Of a DNA stretch of 64,000 nt, positions 27,782-42,270 are shown piece by piece. The notes under the pieces were generated by a model. The model ran no database searches. It had not been told where the DNA came from and saw nothing but the letters and a program-made list of their open reading frames with translations. The stretch spans positions 110,422,001-110,486,000 of the forward strand of contig OX597816.1 of the NCBI GenBank assembly GCA_951406725.2, given 5' to 3'. Every line of letters starts with the position of its first letter. The first letter of the stretch is position 1. The DNA is from Octopus vulgaris (lineage: Eukaryota). A program made the position numbers and the translations under genes.

Positions 27782-28535
27782 CAGCCACTTCAACATTCAC
27801 CGAAATCAGGTTGTTCCGACACATTGGGTGTACACGAGGTACACAAAGGAATAGGAGACAGGTGGGGGCACAATGAACGGTACGGACCCTGGAAAATGTG
27901 GAACGCGTCAGACAAGCTTTGATACCGAATCCGAATCGCTCTGCTTGGAGGCATTCCATTGAACGCGGCATCGGTAATCAATCGGTAAGGCTTATTTTGC
28001 ATGAAGACCTGCATTTTCACTCGTTCGAATTGTTCATTAGCCAACATTTGAAACCATGTCAGATGTAACTTTTAGGCAAAGGACAACCTCATTTAGTTAA
28101 TGAGTGATGGAGCTCGTCTTCATCTCAATGGTATAGTGAATGAACAGAAATGTCATTATTGAGCTTTTGAAAATCCAAGAGAACTGCACGAAAGACCAAT
28201 GCACAGCCCAAAAGTGACAGTTTCGTGTGCTGTTGGAAGACTGCCGTCATTCGACCTTATTTTTTAAAGACAGTACAGGAGCTGCAGATACAGTGAACTC
28301 CGAACGTTACATCGAAATGATAATCAACTTCTTTGTGCCTGAATTAAGACGGAACGTTATGTCTATTCAACGTGTGCGGTTTCAAGAGGATGGGGCGACG
28401 GCCCACACAGCCAGAGCATCAATGGACGTACTTCGCCCTCTCTTCGGTGACTGCCTCATTTCTAGGTTTGCTGACATACCTTGGTCCTCTCTGTCTCCTG
28501 ATTTGTCCATGTGCGATTATATATTGTGAGGAAAG
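27782..28535 (+). mobile_element. Tc1/mariner-superfamily DD41D (rosa/Visitor-type) transposase pseudogene
   Basis: HTH TVRTLENVERVRQ...SVRLILHEDLHFH. First Asp in MSDGARLHLNGIVN. FQEDGATAHTA...SPDLSMCD has 41 residues between the second and third Asp (counted). Confidence 0.9.
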
Positions 28536-28559
28536 CGCAAGGCACTTGTGTGGAGTAGC

Positions 28560-29250
28560 TGAGAACGAGTGCGCACTGATTAAAAAATACATGCCTATTT
28601 GGAAACAAATATTTTCTGTAACAAGCAGCAGTTAGCCGAGGTGACAATCAAAAGAGTCATCTTCCAAGGTGCCTCATGTTCACTTTTGCTATTTGTTATA
28701 GCCTTGATCTCACATTCTGTAGCCCTCGCTAAAGTCAAACCGCAGTATCAGCTAAGAAAAAATGGACCTCGTCTCGACCACCTGCTTTCCATGGATTATT
28801 TGAAACTGTCCACAAAAACAGAGCTGGACAGGTTGGTTGAGACTGTGCAGGTGTGCAGCAAAGATACTGGGATGGAATTCGGTATCTCGAAGTGTGTGGT
28901 GCTCCCTTTGAAACAAAGACAAGAGTATATTTTAAGGGCATAGCATTGCCAAACGGAGAGAAACGAAGACGCGGATGATGGTGGGTACAAGTGCCATGGG
29001 ATCTAGGAGCTGGACCATACCTTACACAGGGAAATGAAATATAAAGTCATCGCTGCATATTTGAAGCGTCTCAAACTTCTCTTGAAATCAAAAGTCAACG
29101 CAAGGAGCCTTGTGACTACCATCAACATATGGGCTTTTGCTGTAGCCGCTATGGTTCCTCCATCCTGAAATGGATATGACTGGACATTGAACAAATCAAT
29201 CAGACAGCGTGAAAGAAAACGCTCTTGCATTGTTCCCCTCCACGGTACAT
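28560..29250 (+). mobile_element. R4/Dong-clade LINE RT fragment
   Basis: IKRVIFQGASCSLLLFVIALI...LDHLLSMDYLKL...VQVCSKDTGMEFGISKC, similar to RGIFQGDSLSPLLF..HLLFMDDLKL..DIGMEFG..KC. Confidence 0.9.
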
Positions 29251-29262
29251 AGTCCTCCTCCG

Positions 29263-29331
<69 letters not shown>

Positions 29332-29362
29332 ATCCTAGTAGTAGTAGTAGTAGTAGTAGTAA
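29263..29362. repeat. (CTA)n followed by (TAG)n microsatellite
   Basis: Directly visible. The two tracts are mutually inverted. Confidence 0.95.
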
Positions 29363-30082
29363 GACCAGCAACAGCATCAATCGTACTACTTGTAATAATA
29401 GTAGTTGTTTTAGTTGGTGTTATCTACGTTGTGATAGCAACACAGTTGTTGATTATTCTTATCAGTAGCAACAGCAGTGGTAGTAATAACTCTATAACCA
29501 TTCGTGATTGTGAGAATGGTGTTTTCTATCAATGAAATTGATTAAATAGAATTTGCAAGAATGCGAGAATAATACAAGATAAATGGTACATAAAAATTAA
29601 TATAAATTGCAGACACATCTTTACTTTTATACCAGCCTATTCATTTATTTATTCGCATTTTCGAATTAGTAATTTAGTATTGAAAGTTATAGAAATGTTT
29701 CGTTATTAAAAATGTGTATGCCAAAACGAAATAAATTGTCTAGGAGGTCACCAGACCAACTAAAATTCTTGTCATATACAATGAACTAAAACATTATTCA
29801 AAAATACTTCAAGTGAAAAATTTAGAAAATTTATATCACACTAAATATTTTTGAGCATCTATTATAAGACATTTCATTTTTCGTAAAACAGATTGTCATT
29901 TAAATATATTTGTCGGTAGCTGAATAGGTGTAGTCGTAGCCTAGTGAATACAGCATAACATCTTCATGTGTGCCACTTATTTTCTGCTGCGTCCATGCTT
30001 AGTAGAATAAAGGCTGTTTAACAATTTATTTGACCATATGTAGTAAGGACCATAAATATGCTTTGCACTGGTAAATAGCACT

Positions 30083-30234
30083 TACATTATTTACATTTGA
30101 AGGAAAGTTTATCCTCATCTTGTATGTTGATAAACACTACGTTTCGGCTGATATACCCTTCAAGATCAGGACAAATATCCGTCGAATATAAATATTGTAA
30201 GTAATGTACATAATTCCTCATCTCTTAAATATAG
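30083..30234. mobile_element. Short PLE-derived insertion with inverted 5' piece and 9 bp TSD
   Basis: AATAGCACT at 30074-82 and 30235-43. 30083-30163 is minus-strand pLTR including the TATATCAGCCGAAACGT half-hammerhead. 30164-30234 is plus-strand pLTR end. Same family as 53085-53291. Confidence 0.85.
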
Positions 30235-30336
30235 AATAGCACTCAGTTATTAAAATATTTTTCTGGCCAAGACGGACGTTAGTAGGTGTAGTCAATATAT
30301 TATATCCTAACGCTTACATAAAAATAGCTATTGACC

Positions 30337-30338
<2 letters not shown>

Positions 30339-30371
<33 letters not shown>

Positions 30372-30404
30372 CAGAGAGAGAGAGGGATAGAGGGAGAGAG
30401 AGAG
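30339..30404. repeat. (GA)n microsatellite
   Basis: Directly visible. Another at 61695-61745. Confidence 0.95.
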
Positions 30405-32289
30405 CAATGGGTGTATAAATGGTAAGCCACTCTGCAATTATTTAATCTCACAACCTAAATATTAATCACTAACGCATCTTGTTCTTGGCTGTACGTCTCT
30501 TCACTGTATTAGAGATGTTTTGAGTCAATAGCCTCAATCGATTGGCCTGTGACATTATTCCTCATAACATAGTAATATCTTCTAATAATATTATCATTGC
30601 AGACTGAATTATAATGAATTATTGATATTAATTATTAATATTCCTTATTGTTTTTGAATTATTTAATTTCAGCTGACTGACCCAAATGTGCCAGATAGTC
30701 TACAACGCTCTGCTAATATAAATAATAACAATTACGATTCAATAAAGTAATGATGCTTTATGTTAAAAGTATCAGCAATAATAAACTGCCAACATACAAG
30801 CATTTCCTTTATCGTGTATAGTACAAGATTTCGCCATTGATTCAACGTTTATTAAGTGTATTTGATCTTTTAGAGATTTGACTTGACGCACCAAATTAAC
30901 AGGAAAGCGGGCAGTAGGTATGGCCCTTATCAGTACCTCAAATATTGGTAGGGGATAGGGAAGTAGGAAACTACTATCAAAGTTGATACCTAAACTGAAC
31001 GTTTGCAATGCTATGAAGTCTACTAAAGTCACTTAATAATTTAAGTGGTTGCATTAAAATGCACAACCGATTGACAGTACCACACAAAGACAGGAAGGGT
31101 TTTGCATTTACCAAACATCACTAACAAGATTTTCAGTGACCTGAAGCCACATCAGGAATCATTATTCGAGTTTCGTATGCAGTAGATTTTCAACAGAAGC
31201 CACTTCATTTCCATCTATTGGATTTTAACCACAAAACAATTTGCATCCGATTTCAACGTCGAAATGTCTGCATTGTATGTTTCATGATAATTCATTGTCT
31301 CTTATATAGTGTCAAGCAAAGTCTGCTTAGTCATTTGTTATCAGTCAGACAACAGTTGTATTTACATGAAAGAATAGATGCCTTGTAATAATGTTTATCT
31401 TTTCTAATTAGCGTTAGTGGTTTAATTATAGTTGGGATTTTGCAGCATAGAATCAAAACTGGATTGTAAGCATTTAAGTTCCAACGAATGTAATCGAAAA
31501 CTAAATCTGTTATTGTGTTTCTAAGATGGATTCTCTGAGGTTAAGAAATAATTAGTAAATCTCCAATGCATTTTCCTTTATTTCATTGTAATTTATGTGT
31601 CGTGACAGTATGAATTAATATTAGCACATATGCTTGTGAAAGTTTTATCTCAATGAGATCGTTCAACACTTGTTTAGGTATCTGTTCTGGGCACTTGCTT
31701 TCAGCTTTGTTTGTGCTGGAGAAGCAAGCAAATCGATTGACGATAATTTCTGAAATATCAGAAGAAATAACAAAATTCAACAAAATGTATTTCTTTTATC
31801 ACTGGGTTTAGCTGTACCAATAATCATTGATTTCTCTTCAAGACTGGTGAGAAAGACGCATAAATGCGCTTGCTAAATGACGCGGGAAAAATGTATAGGG
31901 ACAGATGTCCAGGAAGATGAGATTGTGGAGAAGAGGAAATTTAATTGTTCGTAATATGTAACATATCGAAATCATTGTGCAAATGCACTATTATGTTTGT
32001 TTTGTCACAGTTATATTCTATGTAGCATCTGTTGTGTGATCGTCAGAAGGATAAAGTGAATAACCCGTAAACATCCCAAGTCAGGTGTATATGCTTTAAT
32101 ATTGATGCGATTAATGTTCACTGGCGTAAGATGTGTAATGGTAGAATATTGTGAGGAGTTGTAATGCTATTTCAGAGAGAAAAGTAATACATTGGGCATA
32201 CGTTGCTAATTTTACATGTGAAATGTATTACTGTTGGAAAATCGATATTGGCATTTGGAATAAGAGCGCATAAAACTAGTATTTCAACT

Positions 32290-32900
32290 AACCAAATATA
32301 TTTGGTTCCTTAAAAAATTTCCTGAAATTTTGCTTTAATATTGGTTGAATCAAACAAGAATAATATTTTGCATAGTCGAAATTTTCCAAATATCCGTCAG
32401 TTGAATTAGAACACTTCATGATGACACCTCGTCCGTGAAATATATTGTCCACTACACGGCGCTTCCAATATAAGATAAGTGGGACGAATGAAATATTCAA
32501 AATATCTGGAATCATAATATCAAACATTATGCCGTGAGTATAGACCCACTGTATCTCACAATATAAAAGCCAAACCAACGAGGAAGTTACCGTCCTACTT
32601 CAAAGTAATAGCAAACATTTGTCCATAAAATTATAACTAGCTATAGTTAATATTATTCTGAAGACCATTGACCAATTAAACGTGATAGACAAAGTTAGTT
32701 TTATATTGACACTATTGCCAATATATAAGAGTCAATTAATTATTATAAATTTGAGTGATATACGTCTGACAATTTGTGTGCTAAGTATTTAAGTAATCTA
32801 CGCCGATTTGAAATGTGAAAGATTCCGAAAAACGCTACAACCAGAACCTGTGAAATGGCCATATGAATGCAATCAACATTATCCAGGCCCTGAAAAGAAA
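32290..32900 (-). mobile_element. Ancient PLE RT relic
   Basis: PLILYWKRRVVDNIF, similar to P..WKRYVDDIF. Upstream CYYFEVG...FGF....GSILTA, similar to NYFEFNG..Y.Q..GL.MG. Confidence 0.5.
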
Positions 32901-33305
32901 CTTGTGAATTGATAACTGCAAGGGAGTTGAGAGTAAGGTATTCTAACTAACTATTAAGTGAAAATTTAATACATTGTCCGAGATAGCACAGAAATTGTAA
33001 AAATATTAGTTATCGTGTCTACTATTATTGCTCAATGTCAGCTAGGTTTTGCTGGATATTGCTACCTTTCACAACAATAGATCAATATCAAGTGTTATAT
33101 TCTGGAGAAGTCTGTACCACAATAAATATTGATGTTCGCTCGGCTACACTAATGTTATTGCCAGAAGATTCAGCACGAAATGGAGAACCTGGAAGAGAGA
33201 AAAATTTGGATGTTGCCGTGTTGTAAAATGTAACTCGATTTCTGTCGTCTAAATTTGAAGGAGATGTGATTACATTCATTTATATAACTTGCACGGTGTA
33301 TTATG

Positions 33306-33620
33306 CACGAGGGAGTGCTAAGAAATTTCTGGCTCTGGGTAAAAACAAGTAGAAGAGGGTCAGTTAATTATGATTTGATTCAACATATTCTTTTCTCACT
33401 TTCACTCACTTATTACAGCAGTCAGGTTTTCTAAGACCTGAAAAACTCACAGAAGTTTGGGCCTGCAAACAAAGCTTTCGCTTTACCTTTCAAGCCATAA
33501 AAAAAAGATCTCTCCCATACGAAAAATTTGGGGTGGGGCCATAGAAGACTTGCTGCCATATCGGTGAAATGAGCATTCTTATACATCGTGGTATTAGCAA
33601 TTGTTCGATTACATTCGAAA
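33306..33620. mobile_element. Mariner-type terminal fragment
   Basis: CACGAGGGAGTGCTAAGAAATTTCTGGC resembles mariner TIRs of the YACGAGGG..GCTGAAAAGT type. Confidence 0.55.
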
Positions 33621-34057
33621 TGTTTTCTGGCATTTACAACGACACTAAAATGATAACTGTTATCCTTTTCAGTTATCAAAACCCAATCGCTTATATATAT
33701 ATATATATATATATATATGCTGTTCAGTGTATACATGTGTGTATATATGTGCGTATGTGTGCATATATACGTATATGAGCATAAACATACATATATACAT
33801 ATAAGTACAAACAATGAGTTTTCTATTCAGTCAAAATATATTCATATTTATATCGATAATGTATGATATACGTATATCTTCCACTTGAATTTTCCTGTTT
33901 TCTATCCAATTTGCATTTATAATGGTTCTTCAAGCATTTCTTCTGTATAGTCATTTTTTTTTCAAGATATATCTATGCCCATCATTGTTTTACTGTTACA
34001 ATTATTCTTGCCGGTTTTCGTGTTGATTACGATGTTGTTTTTTTCACTTGTTATTTT

Positions 34058-34064
34058 TCATCAC

Positions 34065-34108
<44 letters not shown>

Positions 34109-34187
34109 ACAACATCATCATCATAATCATCATCATCATCATGAACTTCATTTTCTTGCACTTTTATACAATCGTTACTACTACTGT

Positions 34188-34225
<38 letters not shown>

Positions 34226-34256
34226 TACTACTACTACTACTACTACTACTACTATA

Positions 34257-34289
<33 letters not shown>

Positions 34290-34400
34290 GCTGCTGCATC
34301 AACACACTCGTTACTACTACTACTACTACTACTATTACTATTGCTGCTGCTGCTGCTACTACTACTACTACTACTACTACTACTATAACTACTACTACTG

Positions 34401-34441
<41 letters not shown>

Positions 34442-34463
34442 GCTGCATCAACACACTCGTTAA

Positions 34464-34494
<31 letters not shown>

Positions 34495-34519
34495 GCTGCT
34501 GCTGCTTCTGCTGCTGCTG

Positions 34520-34585
<66 letters not shown>

Positions 34586-34586
34586 G
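34058..34586. repeat. Compound (CAT)n/(CTA)n/(CTG)n microsatellite with an internal higher-order duplication
   Basis: TGCTGCATCAACACACTCGTTA occurs twice (~34292-34313 and 34441-34462). Confidence 0.95.
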
Positions 34587-35479
34587 ACAATGCGATACAA
34601 GTTTCGGTGTTGGTTAAATTCTACTATTGTTAAATTCATTTCATACAGTATTATTTCTGGTAATTTACTAAGCAATTTAGCATTCTACCAAATGTGAAAA
34701 TAATGAAATTGGGAAAATGATAAAGAGTTTGAAGACAAGTAAATATGAAATATGTATAGTCTATTTATATAAAATTCAATAATGAAAATATCAGTTTGTA
34801 TTTTTCCTGAATTACCTTATGTTCAGTTTACTATTACGTCTACAGATTAAACATAATATACAAATATTCTGTGAGATTGTGAACGAATAAATAACATTCA
34901 AATAATAATTTTTAAAATATTGTCATATGACATTGGAAGGCTACATGAATGGCTGTACTGTCGTAACTGATAACAGGTAAGAATCTTCTGTGAGTGTTAT
35001 GCAAGTAATTAAAATTGCAGTTAGGTATCATGAACGTATTTCTAGAGGATAAAATTTGATTATAGCTTTTTCAGTACTGAGTATTACTAATCAGACATCC
35101 AATTTTAGTAAGACAATCCACTTAGAGTAAGAATGCAATCAGTAGTTGTATTGTAGGGCATATGTTTTCGCTGTTTTGTATACTGTAACTATAATGTTTT
35201 CAATTCATCTGCATTGCCCGTGAATTGAAAATTTATTGAATTCTGCATAATATCTAGACATCCAGACACCACGACAAAATACTTAAAATGTAATCTTCAT
35301 ACTGCACCATCTACATTTTCTTGGTTATTATATTTCCTACAAAATTCTTCTTAGTAACATTCAAGTTGAATATCATTCCATTGAGCTGTCTAATATGGGA
35401 ATACACTGTCTATAGTAAGAACATATTTCTCCATTTAGAAAACTGCTACATGATAGAGTAAGTAATAATTTTCCTGACC

Positions 35480-36100
35480 GTACTGTGACTAGACCTTCTT
35501 TTTTTCAAACGCTGTTAGGTAGAGACTAAAGTATTTTCCTGCTATTTAATTGCAGTTACATATCGTGATCTTCATATGACAAAGCTGACCACAACTGCAG
35601 GTGCGCTCAAAATAATACCACAGAGGCGGCCATAAATATATACTTATCATGGCTTTCATGCTTCTAGTTGTAATGGAAAATTGTATATATAACGGTTTTG
35701 GATTTTCCCAACTTCATAGCTACAACTAATATAACTTATCGGTTATTAAGGCACAGAACATTTGTTCCATCAGTCGTTAAAACCCACGTATTTATTGGTG
35801 AGAAATACTTTTATGTGACTATGAATCTTTTCTGCATTCAATCCAAACGCACCCATTTGTACATATCTTCCTGTGCATGAAAACACATACATAATATATG
35901 TATGTACAGATAAAACAGAAAGATTTAGCAAGTTTATAACGGTATATTTTATACAGCACCACTCCAACATCTTAAGTTTCGCTTGCCTGTCTATACTTAA
36001 TGTTGCCAAGATTATGCTATGACATGTAGCTGCATATTACAAGAAAGTTGTTTAAATTTTTCAGTATTGACATCAATGTATTTGTCGTTTGTTATATCTT
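35480..36100 (-). mobile_element. Possible ancient PLE relic (RT thumb to GIY-YIG)
   Basis: TENLNNFLVI, similar to E...L.FLD, and SVVLF*..TCSCG, similar to SNVVY.FTCSCG..YIG. Confidence 0.35.
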
Positions 36101-36881
36101 CTACTCGCTGTTAATAGCCAATCGCGCTATAATTCCTTTGTGTGAAGAGTCAATTATCCGATATTCTCAGCTTCTTTAATTACTTTCTAAACTTTTACGT
36201 AACCACTCTGATAGGAAAGTTTATGACACTGGTAGATGTGATACAGTTACGACGATAATGATGATAATGATGAAGGAGGATGCCCGGCATGACAATGGTG
36301 ACATGTACGATGTTAATGATAATGATGCTAATAATGAGATGGCGGCGCAAAATTCAGGGCCCTCAATTAATGCTGCTATTTGCGAACAATACTAGGAACA
36401 TATTCATAAAGGTAACATTTGCCACAATATTTTCTTGGCAGTTTTAACGATTGGCTCAATGAAGAAACGCATTCCTTACAAGTAGTTGAGCGTAAAGCTG
36501 CTTCTTAATTATAAAACGACTCAAATTAAATCATTAATCAGAACTCGCAGGTGCAGCTATAACTTTCAGTAAAGTTAGACGCATCAGTCTCTTTATTGGA
36601 GATTGTACAACTATATTTGCTGTGGGCTACATCTCAAGTACTACTTAGAAATACTTTATCGCAGAAAGGACACGATGCATACTCCTAGGCAAAGCGTATT
36701 ATCTTTGTTTTCATATATCCATAACCACTATCACAACCACCAGATTAAACGCGATCACAATTATTGTACCCATTGCTGTTGTTGTAATCATCGTCAAATT
36801 CAACATCATCGTCGTCGTTATCATCATTATCATTATCATCGTCTATGTCGTCGTCATCGATGTTGTCGTCGTGATCATCAC

Positions 36882-36915
<34 letters not shown>

Positions 36916-37867
36916 GTGACCATCATCTTCATCGTCATTATCAACACCATGAGCAGCGTCATCGGGACCTTCATTTTCAAATTTTCATTAGCAACATTAC
37001 TAAGGATCTTATGGAAATAACCACCTAAAGCAAACCAGATTATCAATAGTAGCATCTGCTACATCAATCAATTTCACAATCATTATCGTCATCACAGTAA
37101 TCAACATCAGCACCACTTTCAGAATTACTTCATCCAGAATGCCACTACCAAAACTACCACCGCAAACAAAAACAATTCTAAAATACTGATCAAGATCAAC
37201 GCCGTCGTTAGGAGTATCCTCATCATCGCCGTTGACAGCTTCGTTTTCGACATCACTGTACTGTCATGCTCATATTCTAGGTGATAATTGCTTTAGGTAC
37301 TGCCAAAGTAAACTAAGTTTTTCTACCACGTATAATCCTTCCTTGTCATTTATTCGCTATATTTATCTTGATTTAAAGTAACAAATATCCGTTGATAAAA
37401 TTGGTTGATGTTAGTAATTGTCTGATGAAGATAATATAATTTGTTATTACTGATATATAAAACCTTTGATGCCAAACTATATTAAAAAATAAGTCTAACA
37501 CGAAACAATAGCGTTCATGTAGATGTACATGAACTAATATACTTACAAATAATAGAACATATATTAATGAAATACTATAATATTGTGTAATATTATATCT
37601 ACTGTTGTATTTTGCTTTTTGTTACAAATAAGTCGTGATTGATCATATATGATCATTGATTTCCAGTGAAGACCATCGTATTATTATGCATATCCATGCA
37701 CACCTTTTCGAATGGGTTTGTCGTTTTCTACGACACATTGGTATTTAAAGCTGAGACGGATGTTCATATCTCTGCGAGAGATATACATATATAAACACAC
37801 ATATCAATATAGATATATATTCTATGTATATATGTTTATGTGCATATATATGTATATATGTGAATAT

Positions 37868-37909
<42 letters not shown>

Positions 37910-37948
37910 TATGTATGCATATATCAATATATGTTTGTAGGTATATAA

Positions 37949-37992
<44 letters not shown>

Positions 37993-38129
37993 GTATCTCT
38001 TATACACGTTTCCGTTTCTAGTGGGATGAACGAAAACATGGTTTTCAATAAGACAAACAGCTCAACTACATGACTGAAAGAAATATATGATATACAAACC
38101 CGATTACATTCTCTATTTTCAAATTAAGC

Positions 38130-38530
38130 GAAATATTCTACGCGAGATGTATCAGTTGATGTATCTTTGATACAGGTATCCAAGTTTATCTCGGTTGGAT
38201 CATTTAGAATAGCGAATGCAGAGATGTTGTAAGGAAAATAAGGAGAAGAGTGTTTCATTCGATTCAAAACTCTCAGCAAGAGCACAAGACAAGATAGGAG
38301 GAACACGTAATTGAAAGAAAATAACTTAGAACGAAATATTGAAGTGCTTTACAATACGTCTGCTTTTTTTCATTCGTTCATCCAACGATGCCTTGTCATT
38401 GCTCGCAAACCTGTTGAGATGGAATGTGTCCAAGAGTGATAAATGCAAATTTGGTAAAGTAGGAACACTGACAGATATCCTTTCCATATGTTCACTTGTG
38501 TTGTACGGATATGCCAGGAGACACAATCTG
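38130..38530 (-). mobile_element. Possible piggyBac transposase relic
   Basis: NRFASND....DERMKKSRRIVKHFN, similar to NRF...DN...DRL.KIRP.I.HFN. Weak. Confidence 0.35.
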
Positions 38531-40339
38531 GCTCATAAGATCTTTTTCAATGCTGCAAATGACCCATTTACCCTAATCGACAATTGCAAGAAACTACAGG
38601 GAAAAAAATCAACGACTAAAGATTGCATTACATTCCTGCATCCATGACAACAGATCTAATTAAAGAAGCACCTTAAGAACGAGTAAAAGTCAAACGGCTA
38701 TTGGTAGGTGGATGTAGAATCTTCCCCATTCCTGTTAATTAAAAACTATATATTATCATATGGTGCGGTAAAAAGAAAATAGAACGTCTAGCCGAGAAAA
38801 TGGTTTCTTATGAGGATAACATGAACGCCACTCGGACTCGAAAGATCTATTATTATAAACAGCTCCTCGAGTAATGTGAAGATGTGAAGGTGCAGGTTGG
38901 AAAACAGAGCATTATTTAATTGAAATTGGATGCAGAGGATTCATTCGAAACACTGGGAGGTGATGGATGATGTCTTTAGGCCCAACTTGTCGTAAAACAA
39001 GTACTAACTAGATTGATATCCAGCCTAGATTGTAGAAGGCAAACCACAGGATTTGGTTAAAAAAAGATGAGCAACAAATACACCTAAATATCATATCAAC
39101 ACATTAGTATACTCTATTACATTTAAATAAATAATACAATACATCATCATTTTTCCATTTTGACATCATTATATTACCTTCGTTTTCTCTATTTCCAGTC
39201 ACACTGGAAACCATGTTTATGTAAACTCCATCAACTAATTATGTATAATCGCCTCTATATATTTCATTTTGAAACAGTTTCTAATGTAACCTTGAAATTT
39301 AATTGTTGATATAACTAAATTAATTCATAAGATTACGTTGAAAATTCTGTCTCTGATAATGATGTGGTCTCAGTAATACTGTGTCTCTTACTAAATAACA
39401 GATACACACGTATTTATTGAAATATATCTGATTAATTGATTAGATTTGGTTACGGATATGTCACTGAGAAATGTAAGTTTTATTCTAACCGGTTGCCTTT
39501 TGTGTCTGTTGTCGAAGAACTCTCATTATTTATCCTACTCTCATTCAGAAATCTGAGTAATTCTACTTAAAGGAAAATTCGGACACTTGACAAAATTTTC
39601 TTTGCATCAATTCAAGTACTGATTGTAGCTTTCTGAATAGAATTGCTGTATAAGAGATAGAGAAAAGCAAAAGAAAAGCGAAGACAGGAAAAAAAAACGA
39701 TATAGATTTCTTTAGCAATTGTTCACTTTATGTTCCCAACATATATTTAGAATATTGAATGATCTCTTGTTATCAATAAATATGTTCTGTAAAGGCAAGT
39801 TTTAATATTGTTAATATTACAATGTAAGTTTCCTACCACAAGCTAACAGAAAAAGACCCCCACAAAACATTTTTTATTAATATTTAAAGTTATGAATAAT
39901 TTCTCTTTGTTTTTATTTTATTTTCCTATCCATTGCTATATTTTAACAAAACTAATGGGTTATTAAAAAACATGCTCAACTGAAGGGGAAAAGTTTTACT
40001 CGTAATAAATTTGAATCTCGTAAATATCTTTACTTGATCAATATATTCATCCATAATCATTATAACTTCCTCGATATTCCTGAAAATCATGGGATGTATT
40101 GCTTATACAATTAAGGGTTAGCCATTCTTCGTAGTGAAAGTCATAACCTGAATTCACATGCTATTATTTTTTCCCCGTTAGAAATTTTGTAGCATTTCAC
40201 ATATATATGGAAATCAATGCTATATAATTAATTATACATAGTCACCAACAGAGAAAGAAACAAAGATTAAGTGCCCTTTAGTAAGCTGAACAGGAATGTA
40301 TTATTGCACTGCTTTGTAATTACAGGCAGTAGAATACTG

Positions 40340-41380
40340 AAACATTGGTTTTGAAAAGATGCCAGGATATGATTCAGTTACTTATCAAATAGTACAATTA
40401 TTCTTCTATTATGAAAGACTAGAGGTTCTTAGGGTCCCTGAGGTTACATCTGTAACGTGTTTAGTCAGTTATCTCAATATACCTTACTTTTCAGAAATAA
40501 GCTCACATTGTATTATGAAATTGACTCGTTCATGTACAATAACGTGTCCGACTATCTGGCTTTTATTTGTTTACTTGATATATATAATTTTGGTGAATGA
40601 TTCAACTATGGGTAAATTAAGAAACACAATTAGAAATAACTTCCGACATGCATACAACATTAGTTATTTCTTCTATAATATTAAAGCGTATTTAAACCTT
40701 GTTTGACGAGTTACACCTTGACGCAATTTGATTATTGTCTGCAGTTTTAAACAATTGAAATAAATATTACGGCTGCCGTAAAATTACTTAACATTTCTTC
40801 TATTATGAATTGCATTTATTGAAATATTTCATACGAAAGTAAATTCCCAACTAGTATAGTCACTAAAATTACAAATTATATTGGATCTAACCTACAACAA
40901 ACAGTATGAGTATCTATACCTGTAGGTCATTCAACTTTTCTCTCGTTACAAGTGCTCGACACAAAACGATATTACCCTCAGCCTTCCTACCTACACGGAT
41001 TCTATGGAAATACAGCTCAGCAGAATATTTGAATCTCTATTAGATTTTATGCTAGCCACACTGTTAACAAACATGTTTTAATCCTTACCCTTCAAAAACA
41101 GCTAGAGGGTGGTTAAAACTAGATATACCACATGGAATCATTCCACAAAAATCTAGGTCGGGTGTCCTGTACTCGCATATATGCGATGCAAATGATGGGA
41201 AAAAAATCAAAGAGCAGAAGGCATGAAAAATGTCATCCACGACCAGAATTTTGGCGGAGTTCAAATGGTAACTCAAAAAATGTAATTCATTATTGAACTT
41301 CCAAATAATGCCTTTGTGTATTACACAGCGACAATATCGGCAATTGTACAAAATGGCTGACGGTTAGTAAGGAGAGACAC
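40340..41380 (+). mobile_element. Possible ancient Gypsy integrase relic
   Basis: W..PGYDSVTYQIV, similar to WWPGMD.DI..MV. KYSSAEYL, similar to GYSPAELL. VGCPVL in the C-terminal region. Confidence 0.35.
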
Positions 41381-41622
41381 AAATAAGAAAGAAGAAAACA
41401 AGGGACCACTGATGCGGTCACGGGAGTGTGACGAAAGAACTCTGTCCGAAATAAGATTAAGATTAATGTAAAAAATAAATAACACTGAAGCAAGGTAACA
41501 CCAAATATATAGTGCGTGTGTTTTTATTGGCTAAACTGGCAAAATGACCATTCCGAAATATAATAATATATGTTTCAACACACGACTTCACATAAAAAAT
41601 CTTGCGCAACAAATATATAAAC

Positions 41623-41675
<53 letters not shown>

Positions 41676-42221
41676 TATATCCATAGGGTGGCGTGTATGG
41701 TTTATACATTTTTATCTTAGATTTATAATAGTTAAATATGGCAGGTGATGCACAGCTGAACGATATAATATATGCAAGTGAAGTGAATTTCTGATGGGTA
41801 AGTTTGTCATGGGAGGTACTGGGAATATGTGAATCAGTATGAAAACTGGTTTCTTTTATATTGGTGCCTATATGGAGAGTATATGTGTTTATTCAACATA
41901 AATATAAAAGTAAGTATAAAATATGCATATCCTGTTAATGTATCCAGTATAAAATGTATACATACATACACACACACACACACACAAACATAGTACACAC
42001 ACAGGCACATATATAAATATATATATATGCCAAGATGCATATACTTATATGTATATATGTGTGTGTACGTGTATGTGCATGAAAAGATTCACATACATAT
42101 ATGCATGTATTCACATATATATATGCATAAATATATATATATATGAATATATATTTATACATATATATATATATACATACACACATAAATATAAATTTAT
42201 ATTTAAATACATGCATACATA

Positions 42222-42270
<49 letters not shown>

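Noticed and set aside
33975-34590. Poly-His/Thr/Leu/Ser ORFs, one with a signal-peptide-like start
   Set aside because: Trinucleotide microsatellite artefacts with no splice or domain support.
34925-34985. Possible exon ending at CAG|GTAAGA
   Set aside because: Isolated donor-like site with no clear acceptor or recognisable peptide.
36603-37055. His/Cys/Arg-rich 141 aa ORF resembling a metal-binding protein
   Set aside because: Decayed (CAT)n low-complexity tract with a non-ATG start.
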